Shown in pieces: positions 7,732-15,986 of a DNA stretch of 27,721 nt. The position numbers and the translations under genes were made by a program. Location: NCBI GenBank assembly GCA_027488715.1, contig JAIYBD010000229.1:1-27721 (forward strand). Reading direction: 5' to 3'. Under the pieces are notes generated by a model, which had not been told where the DNA came from, ran no database searches, and saw only the letters and a program-made list of their open reading frames with translations. How positions within the stretch are numbered: the stretch's first letter is position 1; each line of letters opens with the position of its first letter. The stretch comes from Bacteroidota bacterium (GTDB lineage: Bacteria > Bacteroidota > Bacteroidia > UBA7662 > CANHCV01).

Positions 7732-8354
7732 TTTTTGAAGACCCTCAATTTGCTGTATTATCGAAATCTTCAGGAGTAGCCATTCAAAGTTTGGAGTACA
7801 CCATTCATCCTGAAATTGAACAACATTTTCAAGGAAAGTCAATTTTGATTGTTAACCGAATCGACCAACCCGTATCAGGAATTTTCATTTTAGCCTTTTC
7901 AGATTTTGCAGAACGAGATTTAAGATTACAATTCGAAAATCAGATTGCCAAGAAAACCTATGTAGCCATCTGTGAAAACGATATTGGACAAAAAGGGCGA
8001 TTGGATCATCTTCTTTTAAAGGTGGGAAATAAATCAAAAGTAACGAATGACTCGGCTGGAAAACCCTCGTCCCTATCCTATCAGCGTTTTGGAAAATCTG
8101 ATCGATATTTTGGTTATTTCATCCAACTTCATACCGGACGTTTTCATCAAATTAGAACACAAATGGCTCATGCTGGGGCATGCATCAAAGGAGATTTAAA
8201 ATACGGAGCGAAACGAAGTCATCCAGGAGGCGGAATTTGTTTACATTCCTATCAATTGGAAGTCAACCATCCTCAAACGCAAGAACGACTAAAATTCAGT
8301 GCTACTCCACCTCAGGATTCCCTTTGGGATTATTTTAAAACTTTACTTCCTTAA
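7713..8354 (+). CDS. RluA-family pseudouridine synthase without an S4 domain
   Basis: IIFED, the catalytic-Asp motif NRIDQPVSG, KTYVAI, LHTGRFHQIRTQMA, IKGDLKYG and LHSYQL. Start moved from 7686 to ATG 7713; 213 aa. Confidence 0.88.
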   Translation: MENFQIIFEDPQFAVLSKSSGVAIQSLEYTIHPEIEQHFQGKSILIVNRIDQPVSGIFILAFSDFAERDLRLQFENQIAKKTYVAICENDIGQKGRLDHLLLKVGNKSKVTNDSAGKPSSLSYQRFGKSDRYFGYFIQLHTGRFHQIRTQMAHAGACIKGDLKYGAKRSHPGGGICLHSYQLEVNHPQTQERLKFSATPPQDSLWDYFKTLLP

Positions 8355-10812
8355 AAGCCCGCTTAGCGGTTTGATAATCTACGAAGTACTGAAACTTAAT
8401 GGATAAACTGTGAGCATGAGGAATTCCCATCACAGTGGCCACATTTTCCCAATAGGTTTTTTCTTTTTCCGTATCGATATTGAAAAGAGAATTTTTGTAG
8501 ACCACCAATAAATCACTTCCGGGTGCAAACCTCCATCGCAACTCCCAATCAATGGTAAAGGCCGTAAATGAAATGTCGTTGATCGAGGGTGCATTCGCGA
8601 TTGGAAATCCTTGATATCCTGTTGTTCCCCATTTTCCATTTTCATCGATATCAAAAAAGGAATGATAAGTTGCTGTACTCCAATAATTTCGCATTCTGAA
8701 ATTGGTGAACAAAACTGCATTGAACGAATGAGTAACCGTTAATCCAGTTTCGTATGTTTCCATGCCCCTTTTCCCTAGGGTAATGTCATTTCCATTTCTA
8801 TAAACAAAACCAATATTGTTTGCCAACATGGTATACGTTAATCCCGGAATGATAAAGGTTTTATCTCCTACCCGAAATCTTAATTCAGTCCAACCTGTAA
8901 AATCGGAACGATCCTTTTGGTCGTAACGGGTGTATTCCCAACCGGCATCAATGGCTAATTTTTTGTTGTAATTGGAAGAAATCCAACCGCTGGTGTAATA
9001 ATTTCTCGGGGTATAAACGAATCGGCCAGGTGTTCTAGGTTCGAAATAATCTGCCCCTTCAAAAGGTGCTGCAGAAAAACTAAGGCCCATGGCCATGAAT
9101 TTTTTAGTAAATCCGGTAAAATTGTAGCTCAACGAAGCATTTGCAAATGCCGAAGGAACAACCACTCGATTGTAATTGGCCGAAAAGCTGTGATTAAATC
9201 GATTGAATTGCAACCAAGAAAATATTTTAACCGGTTTGAAATAAAAGTGTGAAATGGAGGCAGACTGATTGAAAATGTTGTTGTTGGTTTGAAATCCGAG
9301 GTCGTTCTGATTGTACGTATTATCCATAAAGAAACCGTTGTAGTTCCATTGGATTTTCCCAGCATTTTTTCCTGCCGACCAATTGGCTTTAATCCCTTGA
9401 TTTGTTCGATTCGAAAACCATTGCCAACTGCTACCCAAGCGTCCGCTAACAAAATGATTTAATTTCTTATTATTGAATCGAAATTGGGTTGCCAATACTT
9501 GGGCATCCATGGCTGTTCCCTCACGCAAAACATTGGAACTAACTATACTTAAGAAAGAATTATTGGGTAAATTCTGATCGAAAACCAACAAATTTGAGTT
9601 CGTTAATGGATTTACCAATGCTGTTCGGGTTTGTTGGGTAATCGTATCGAAATACGTATTGTACCCTGCAGCGGTAATGGCATTTAATACTCCAATTCCC
9701 AAGCCGCCACTGGTCCTTCCCGATACTTTTGTGGCATTCAACAACTGGGCGGGACCCGCCGTAGAAACCGTAATTTCATTCAATCCTTGGGAAGCCCCTA
9801 ATCGGTAATATGGCCGATCGCCAATTCTTCTTGAGTAAAACAAATCACCTTTTGAAAACAACTCAATCCCTTCGGTAAAAAACTGACGAAACTCATTGAA
9901 TTTCACTTCAAATGGAGTCAAATTCAATACCTGATTATCGAACCGAACTTGCCGAAAATCTGGAATGGTGGTGGCATCCAAAGTGAATGCTTCGTTCAAT
10001 CCCCATTTTAAATCAGCTCCAAATTGACTATTATTCGATGTTAATCCTTGCTCCCGTTGGGTAACATTCGATAAGTAGGGATACAGCATCAAACGCAGGG
10101 GTGGATGCAAATTTTTCAAACCTGTTAACTTCCCGGATCGTGCTAAAATTCCCGAGGGGTTTCCAAAACGTATCATGGAAGGATCCAAGGGATTCCACCA
10201 AACTTCTTCCCTATTACGGCGAATTTCACGAGCAAAGTTGATATTCCAAACATCTTCTTCAGCCTCAGCAAATCGAATAGCGGCATAGGGAATTCGTATT
10301 TCCAAGGCCCAACCTTGTTCGTTTTTGCTAGTCTTACTTTCCCAAACGGCATCCCAGGATTCATCAAACCCGTTGGCCGACATTCGGCTATCAATTTGAA
10401 CGTTATTTACGGTCAGTCCAAAGTAAAACGCATTGTTTCCGTCTTTATAGGTGTCTAAAATGATGGCGAACCAATCACTGTTTCCTGTATTGTCGCGTTG
10501 ACTCATTTGCGTCATGATGGAATCAGGAAAGGAGTCATCCAATTGAGCGCCAAAAATTAAGGCATCTTCATCAAATAGAACTTTTACGGTAGTATTTTGA
10601 GAGGCAGGGAAAAATGGAACGGGGTTGATGGTGGTGAAATTAGTAGCATTTTCAGCTAATTTCCAATCGTTTTCGTTCAATTTCCCATCAATGGTAATTT
10701 TTTCTTGTCGTTTCCTTGCCTGAACCTTTTTGGGTGGTGCATTTAAAACGGTCTCGTTCCCAAAAGAATGAAATGAAAAGGCGAGAAAAAATAAACTATA
10801 CCAGAAACGCAT
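8335..10812 (-). CDS. DUF5916-type exported protein: N-terminal CBM9-like sugar-binding domain plus a probable outer-membrane beta-barrel region
   Basis: ITIDGKLNENDW, GWALEIRIPY, DLKWGL, LDATTIPDFRQV, FEVKFNEFRQFFTEG and LFYSRRIG; alternating aromatic beta-strand pattern C-terminally. Start moved from 10890 to ATG 10812, giving a signal-like N-terminus (MRFWYSLFFLAFSFHSFG); 825 aa. Confidence 0.72.
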   Translation of the reverse strand: MRFWYSLFFLAFSFHSFGNETVLNAPPKKVQARKRQEKITIDGKLNENDWKLAENATNFTTINPVPFFPASQNTTVKVLFDEDALIFGAQLDDSFPDSIMTQMSQRDNTGNSDWFAIILDTYKDGNNAFYFGLTVNNVQIDSRMSANGFDESWDAVWESKTSKNEQGWALEIRIPYAAIRFAEAEEDVWNINFAREIRRNREEVWWNPLDPSMIRFGNPSGILARSGKLTGLKNLHPPLRLMLYPYLSNVTQREQGLTSNNSQFGADLKWGLNEAFTLDATTIPDFRQVRFDNQVLNLTPFEVKFNEFRQFFTEGIELFSKGDLFYSRRIGDRPYYRLGASQGLNEITVSTAGPAQLLNATKVSGRTSGGLGIGVLNAITAAGYNTYFDTITQQTRTALVNPLTNSNLLVFDQNLPNNSFLSIVSSNVLREGTAMDAQVLATQFRFNNKKLNHFVSGRLGSSWQWFSNRTNQGIKANWSAGKNAGKIQWNYNGFFMDNTYNQNDLGFQTNNNIFNQSASISHFYFKPVKIFSWLQFNRFNHSFSANYNRVVVPSAFANASLSYNFTGFTKKFMAMGLSFSAAPFEGADYFEPRTPGRFVYTPRNYYTSGWISSNYNKKLAIDAGWEYTRYDQKDRSDFTGWTELRFRVGDKTFIIPGLTYTMLANNIGFVYRNGNDITLGKRGMETYETGLTVTHSFNAVLFTNFRMRNYWSTATYHSFFDIDENGKWGTTGYQGFPIANAPSINDISFTAFTIDWELRWRFAPGSDLLVVYKNSLFNIDTEKEKTYWENVATVMGIPHAHSLSIKFQYFVDYQTAKRAFKEVKF

Positions 10813-12295
10813 GAATTTTGGGATGAATGGGGTTAAGGATTTCAATGAGCTCTTCGATTTGACTTTCCTGTTGAATGAATTGGAATCCATTGGTTTTTCT
10901 TTCCTGAAATACTTGATCAGGGAATAGCATATTCTTTATCTTCCCAATTCTTTGAACCTCGATTTCTTGCTTTTGTTTGATGGCTTTTTCAACTTTCTTT
11001 TCTAATCCTCTCCACAGTCCTTTCATTTTTTCAACCTCTGAACCTAAGGTCGCAAGCAACGTAGGATCAATTTTTTCAATTTGCTCCCTCGCATGTTGTT
11101 CCATGGAATTAAGATCAATAATAAAGGGTTCAGCCAAAAATTGATCGGGTTGCTGATGAATTAATCGTTTAATCAAGGCTTGTTCATCAGAAAAAACATC
11201 ATTAAACTTCCAACCCCATTTTTCTAACCAAAGTAGATGTTTGGGATCGACGAAAAATAAAGATGGACGCAGCAAGACGACCGGCATTTGCACATTAAAT
11301 TCAGAAAAAGCGATTTTAAGTTGGGCCCAATAGGCAACTTCGGCGGCTCCGCCAATGTAAGCTAGATTGGGCAAAATCGTCTCTTGAAATAACGGTCTCA
11401 TCAAGGCATTCGGAGAAATCTCCTCAGGCTTTAATTGAAGAAAATCGTGATCACCTTTATTGATCCTAATTCGATTTAAATCGTTTATTTTAAACAGGTT
11501 AATATCTCGATGATAAACTTGTGGTTCAAGTCCATAATTCGATAATACCTTGTTTTGCGTCTCAACCGATTTGGATAAAATTTGTTCTTTCCATTCCCGT
11601 TCAAAAAGCGCGAAAGCCCTGGATTTCAGTTCTTGAGAATCACCATCTACGATCAATAATCCAAATTTTCCAAAGCAAGCATGAACCAATCGAGCGATGC
11701 ATTTTGATAAAGGAAAACCCTCTTGATAGGATTCTTGAATGAGTGTTTTTGCCCAAGGAGATGAGATATATTCCATCGCTTTCTGGATTTCCTCCATCCA
11801 TGAACGCGTCATTTTTAATCTTCCAACGGGAGCATTTGAATATTCGGGGGCAAATTGAATGGTTTTTCCATAAAGAATGGTTGAAGCGATTTCATCAAAA
11901 TCATGATCTTCACTCGCTAACCAAAAAACAGGAATGCATGCTTCTCCCAAGATTTTTGAAAGATGAATGGTGGCAGCAATTTTGGTAAAGAAGAAATGTG
12001 GCCCGGAGAGAAAATTTAACTGATGACCTGTTGTTACCGTAAAAACATCTTCTTTGAGCAATTGATTTACCTGTTCTGGCAAAGGGATATCCCACGTTTC
12101 GTATTGGTTTTTGAGTACATTTACCAACGTATTTCTTGATTCTAAAGAAAATACTTTTGACTTTTTAGCCTTTTCAATTCCTTCTATACTTGGTTCAAAG
12201 TCAAAGAAATCACGATAATCCATGAATCCATTGCCTACTTTGGACGCAAATGATTGGCGATCAACATCGGCAAATGAAATTGACCAATTTTTCAT
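10796..12295 (-). CDS. bshC: Bacillithiol biosynthesis cysteine-adding enzyme BshC
   Basis: VTTGHQLNFLSGP, VFWLASEDHDFDEI, SPNALMRPLFQETILPNLAYIGGAAEVAYWAQL, a C-terminal coiled coil and LFP...FQER. Confidence 0.92.
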   Translation of the reverse strand: MKNWSISFADVDRQSFASKVGNGFMDYRDFFDFEPSIEGIEKAKKSKVFSLESRNTLVNVLKNQYETWDIPLPEQVNQLLKEDVFTVTTGHQLNFLSGPHFFFTKIAATIHLSKILGEACIPVFWLASEDHDFDEIASTILYGKTIQFAPEYSNAPVGRLKMTRSWMEEIQKAMEYISSPWAKTLIQESYQEGFPLSKCIARLVHACFGKFGLLIVDGDSQELKSRAFALFEREWKEQILSKSVETQNKVLSNYGLEPQVYHRDINLFKINDLNRIRINKGDHDFLQLKPEEISPNALMRPLFQETILPNLAYIGGAAEVAYWAQLKIAFSEFNVQMPVVLLRPSLFFVDPKHLLWLEKWGWKFNDVFSDEQALIKRLIHQQPDQFLAEPFIIDLNSMEQHAREQIEKIDPTLLATLGSEVEKMKGLWRGLEKKVEKAIKQKQEIEVQRIGKIKNMLFPDQVFQERKTNGFQFIQQESQIEELIEILNPIHPKIHAFLV

Positions 12296-13617
12296 TAAGA
12301 TGGAATAACGCTCCCAAACAAGTCGAACTCTTCAGCTGAATCAATTTTCACCTGGGCAAAGTCACCTATTCTTACATAGTTTTCCGATAATTCTGCATTG
12401 ACTAATACCTCATTATCTACTTCAGGAGAATCGAATTCAGTTCTTCCAATGAAATATTCCCCTTCTTTTCGATCAAATAGCACCTTGTATTGCTTGCCGA
12501 CTTTTTTCTGGTTTAAATCAAAAGAAATGCCCTGCTGAATGGCCATAATTTCTTCTGCCCGCGCTTCTTTTACCTCTTCGGGAACATCGTCAACAAGGTT
12601 GAATGCAGCAGTATTCTCTTCATGGGAATACGTAAATACCCCCAATCGATCAAATTTATTCCTTTCAATGAAAGCCATGTGTTCTTCATGGTCGGCCTGA
12701 GTTTCACCCGGGAATCCAACAATCATGGTGGTTCGGAGGGCTATTTCAGGAACTTCTTGTCGAATTTGATCAATGAGTTCTTGAGTTCGAGAAGCTGTGA
12801 TTCCCCGGCGCATGGATTTCAACATGTTCTCTGCCCCGTGTTGCAAAGGCATGTCCAAGTAGTTGCAAATGTTGGGATACTTTTTCATTAAAGGCAAAAT
12901 ATCCATGGGGAATTGACTTGGATACGCGTATTGCAAACGAATCCAATCGGCTCCAGGCACATCCGCTAATCGTTCCAATAATTCTGAAAGATTCCGTTTG
13001 CCATACAAATCCAATCCATAATAGGTTAAATCTTGGGCAATCAGCACCAATTCTTTAACCCCTTTGGAGGTTAAGTGGGTTGCTTCTTTTACTAAATCTT
13101 CCAATGTGCGCGAAACGTGTTTGCCCCGCATCAGCGGAATGGCACAAAACGCGCAAGGACGATCACAACCTTCTGCGATTTTCATGAATGCTGTGTGATT
13201 CGGAGTGGTAATGATCCGCTCTCCCAACAATTCATGCTTGTAATCGGCTTTCAAAGTTTTAAGCAAACGAGGCAATTCCATGGTGCCAAACCAAGCATCT
13301 ACTTCCGGAATTTCAACTTCAAGTTCGTCTTTGTAACGGTGAGATAAACAACCGGTTACATACACCTTTTCAACAATTCCATCCTGCTTTGCATCTACAT
13401 AACGGAGAATGGTATCAATGGATTCTTGTTTGGCATTATCAATAAAACCGCAGGTATTGATAATGACAATATCATTGGCATCGTCGGTTCTTTCGTGTCC
13501 AACATCGAAGTTATTGGCTTTGAGTTGGGTGAGAATATTTTCACTGTCAACCAAGTTTTTTGAACACCCCAAGGTGATCAGATTTACTCGATTTTTGGTT
13601 CTTGTTTTCGTTTTCAT
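12295..13617 (-). CDS. rimO: Ribosomal protein S12 methylthiotransferase RimO (radical SAM, UPF0004 and TRAM domains)
   Basis: TLGCSKNLVDSE, INTCGFID, VTGC, the CxxxCxxC motif CDRPCAFC and GRTEFDSPEVD. Confidence 0.95.
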   Translation of the reverse strand: MKTKTRTKNRVNLITLGCSKNLVDSENILTQLKANNFDVGHERTDDANDIVIINTCGFIDNAKQESIDTILRYVDAKQDGIVEKVYVTGCLSHRYKDELEVEIPEVDAWFGTMELPRLLKTLKADYKHELLGERIITTPNHTAFMKIAEGCDRPCAFCAIPLMRGKHVSRTLEDLVKEATHLTSKGVKELVLIAQDLTYYGLDLYGKRNLSELLERLADVPGADWIRLQYAYPSQFPMDILPLMKKYPNICNYLDMPLQHGAENMLKSMRRGITASRTQELIDQIRQEVPEIALRTTMIVGFPGETQADHEEHMAFIERNKFDRLGVFTYSHEENTAAFNLVDDVPEEVKEARAEEIMAIQQGISFDLNQKKVGKQYKVLFDRKEGEYFIGRTEFDSPEVDNEVLVNAELSENYVRIGDFAQVKIDSAEEFDLFGSVIPS

Positions 13618-13623
13618 TCTGGC

Positions 13624-15012
13624 TTATAGATGAATAACTTCACCATAAGCGGCTGCAGTTGCTTCCATCACGGCTTCCGACATGGTGGGGTGTGGATGAA
13701 CGGCTTTTAAGATTTCATGTCCGGTTGTTTCCAACTTGCGAGCTACAACCACTTCGGCAATCATTTCTGTTACGTTTGCTCCAATCATGTGAGCTCCAAG
13801 AAACTCTCCGTATTTCGCATCGAAAATTACTTTTACGAATCCTTCTTTTGCTCCGGCAGCAGAAGCCTTTCCGGAAGCAGAAAATGGGAATTTCCCGACT
13901 TTAATTTCGATACCTGCTTCTTTTGCTGCACGCTCGGTCATCCCAACACTAGCAATTTCTGGAGCGCAATACGTACATCCTGGAATGTTTCCATAATCCA
14001 ACGCTTCAACGTGCATTCCAGCAATTTTTTCAACGCAAATGATTCCTTCCGCAGATGCTACGTGTGCCAAGGCAGGACCTTTAACGATGTCACCGATGGC
14101 GTAATATCCAGGAATGTTGGTGCGATAAAAATCATCAACCATAACTTTTCCTTTATCGGTGGCAATGCCAACATCTTCTAAACCAATGTTTTCGAGGTTG
14201 GTGATTACTCCGGCAGCCGAAAGAACCACATCGCACTCAATGATTTGTTCACCGGATGCTGTTTTCACAGTAACTTTTGCACCGGAACCCGATTTTTCAA
14301 CTTTTTCCACGGAGGAGTTGGTTAAAATATCGATTCCTTTTTTCTTGTAGATTTTTTCTAGTTCTTTAGAAACATCGGTATCTTCAACGGGAACAATGTT
14401 GGGCATAAACTCAACAATGGTCACCTTCGTTCCCATGGTGCTGTAGAAATATGCAAATTCAACACCGATCGCACCCGAACCGATTACGACCATGGATTTG
14501 GGTTGTTTTTCCAATGACATGGCCTTGCGGTATTCAATAACCATTTCACCATCGATGGGGACATTGGGTAATTGACGAGCGCGAGCACCGGTTGCTAAAA
14601 TGATGTGGTTGGCCGAAATTTCTGAAATTTTTCCATCGGCATCCGTTACCTCAACTTTTTTTCCAGCTTTCACTTTTCCGTAACCCATGATGACATCGAT
14701 CTTATTCTTCTTCATCAAAAATTGAATGCCTTTGCTCATGCCATCGGCAACGCCACGAGAACGATTCACTACGGCATTAAAATCCGCTTTTGCATCGGCT
14801 ACCGAAATGCCGTAGTCGGAAGCATGCTGAATGTATTCAAAAACTTGGGCACTCTTCAATAAGGCTTTTGTGGGAATACATCCCCAATTTAAACAAATTC
14901 CACCCAAAGATTCTTTTTCAATGATGGCCGTTTTCATTCCTAATTGGGAAGCACGAATGGCAGTAACATATCCACCAGGACCACTTCCGATAACAACTAC
15001 GTCGTAATTCAT
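13624..15012 (-). CDS. lpdA: Dihydrolipoamide dehydrogenase (E3)
   Basis: IGSGPGGY, the redox disulfide GGICLNWGCIPTK, IGSGAIG and HPHPTMSE. Start moved from TTG 15042 to ATG 15012 (MNYDVVVIG); 462 aa. Confidence 0.96.
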   Translation of the reverse strand: MNYDVVVIGSGPGGYVTAIRASQLGMKTAIIEKESLGGICLNWGCIPTKALLKSAQVFEYIQHASDYGISVADAKADFNAVVNRSRGVADGMSKGIQFLMKKNKIDVIMGYGKVKAGKKVEVTDADGKISEISANHIILATGARARQLPNVPIDGEMVIEYRKAMSLEKQPKSMVVIGSGAIGVEFAYFYSTMGTKVTIVEFMPNIVPVEDTDVSKELEKIYKKKGIDILTNSSVEKVEKSGSGAKVTVKTASGEQIIECDVVLSAAGVITNLENIGLEDVGIATDKGKVMVDDFYRTNIPGYYAIGDIVKGPALAHVASAEGIICVEKIAGMHVEALDYGNIPGCTYCAPEIASVGMTERAAKEAGIEIKVGKFPFSASGKASAAGAKEGFVKVIFDAKYGEFLGAHMIGANVTEMIAEVVVARKLETTGHEILKAVHPHPTMSEAVMEATAAAYGEVIHL

Positions 15013-15030
15013 GAGTTTCAAATTTATTGG

Positions 15031-15038
15031 CAAAGATA
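15031..15038 (-). promoter_or_regulatory. -7 element (TATCTTTG) for the lpdA-rimO-bshC-DUF5916 unit
   Basis: Exact match, 18 nt before ATG 15012. The ORF-track TTG start at 15042 would run through it. Confidence 0.72.
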
Positions 15039-15061
15039 ACAATTTCCTTTCGCTTCCTTTT

Positions 15062-15069
15062 TACTTTTA
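15062..15069 (+). promoter_or_regulatory. Variant -7 element (TACTTTTA) for fructosamine kinase
   Basis: One mismatch to TAnnTTTG, then CCGC, then ATG 15074; same 4-nt spacing as the exact matches. Confidence 0.5.
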
Positions 15070-15073
15070 CCGC

Positions 15074-15955
15074 ATGCTACCCGAAAGTATTTCTCAATTT
15101 TTAAATGAGCATTTTTTACGTTTTCATGGAATTCCTGGAAATGTCCATCGAATCAAATCTGTTGGCGGTGGATGCATCAGTTTTACTTATCAATTCGATT
15201 ATGCTGACAAAAGTTACTTTATTAAATATTTAAGCAAAGAAAAGTTTCCAAACATGTATTGGGCCGAGTCAAAGGGCTTGAAACTCTTGGATTCGGTGGG
15301 TGCTTTTGACATTCCAAGAATTATTTTAGAGGGAGAAACGGATGAGTTTCAATTTTTAGTCATGGAATTCATCGATTCATCTCCTAAGAAAAAAGGATTT
15401 TGGGAAGAGCTCGCATTGGGAATGTCGCAAATACATGCCGAAACCCAGCCCCAATTCGGTTTATCGTTTCATAATTTCATCGGTACATTGGAACAAAAAA
15501 ACGATCAGGTTGATTCATGGACAGAATTTTATTTTGCCCAACGATTGATGCCCCAATTAGAAATGGCCCTAATGAGCCAAAAGTTACCTAAAGACATCAT
15601 TGGGAAATTTGAACACTTGTTTTTGAAATTTGATGAATTAATTCCTAAAGAAAAGCCTTCATTGCTTCACGGTGACTTTTGGTATGAGAATGTTATTCCC
15701 AATCAATTCGGTGCCCCAACATTGATTGATCCGGCCGTTTACTTTGGGCACCGAGAAATGGATTTAGCCATGGCCGATTTATTTGGAGGATTCTCAGAGG
15801 AATTTTGGGAAGCCTATCAACACCGTTTTCCCTTGGAACCCGGATACGAACATCGTAGAAAATTGCATCAGCTGTACCCTTTATTGGTCCACGTAAATTT
15901 ATTTGGAGACTCTTATCCACAAAGGGTGATAAATATCATGAACCAATTTTCATAA
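15074..15955 (+). CDS. Fructosamine kinase family protein (FN3K-like, APH/kinase fold)
   Basis: VGGGCIS, YFIK, FGLSFHNFIGTLEQKN, LLHGDFWYEN, IDPAVYFGHREMDLAM and YQLYPLLVHVNLFG-like C-terminus. Start moved from 15011, which overlaps the lpdA start, to ATG 15074; 293 aa. Confidence 0.9.
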   Translation: MLPESISQFLNEHFLRFHGIPGNVHRIKSVGGGCISFTYQFDYADKSYFIKYLSKEKFPNMYWAESKGLKLLDSVGAFDIPRIILEGETDEFQFLVMEFIDSSPKKKGFWEELALGMSQIHAETQPQFGLSFHNFIGTLEQKNDQVDSWTEFYFAQRLMPQLEMALMSQKLPKDIIGKFEHLFLKFDELIPKEKPSLLHGDFWYENVIPNQFGAPTLIDPAVYFGHREMDLAMADLFGGFSEEFWEAYQHRFPLEPGYEHRRKLHQLYPLLVHVNLFGDSYPQRVINIMNQFS

Positions 15956-15973
15956 GCTTCGTTGTTTTGTAGA

Positions 15974-15981
15974 TATTTTTG
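15974..15981 (+). promoter_or_regulatory. -7 element (TATTTTTG) for kmo
   Basis: Exact match, then TAATC, then ATG 15987. Confidence 0.65.
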
Positions 15982-15986
15982 TAATC

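Noticed and set aside
13717-14181. 154-aa plus-strand ORF, and the other 60-140 aa nested ORFs in the track
   Set aside because: All lie inside or antisense to well-supported conserved genes, with no promoter element or family motif; expected shadows.
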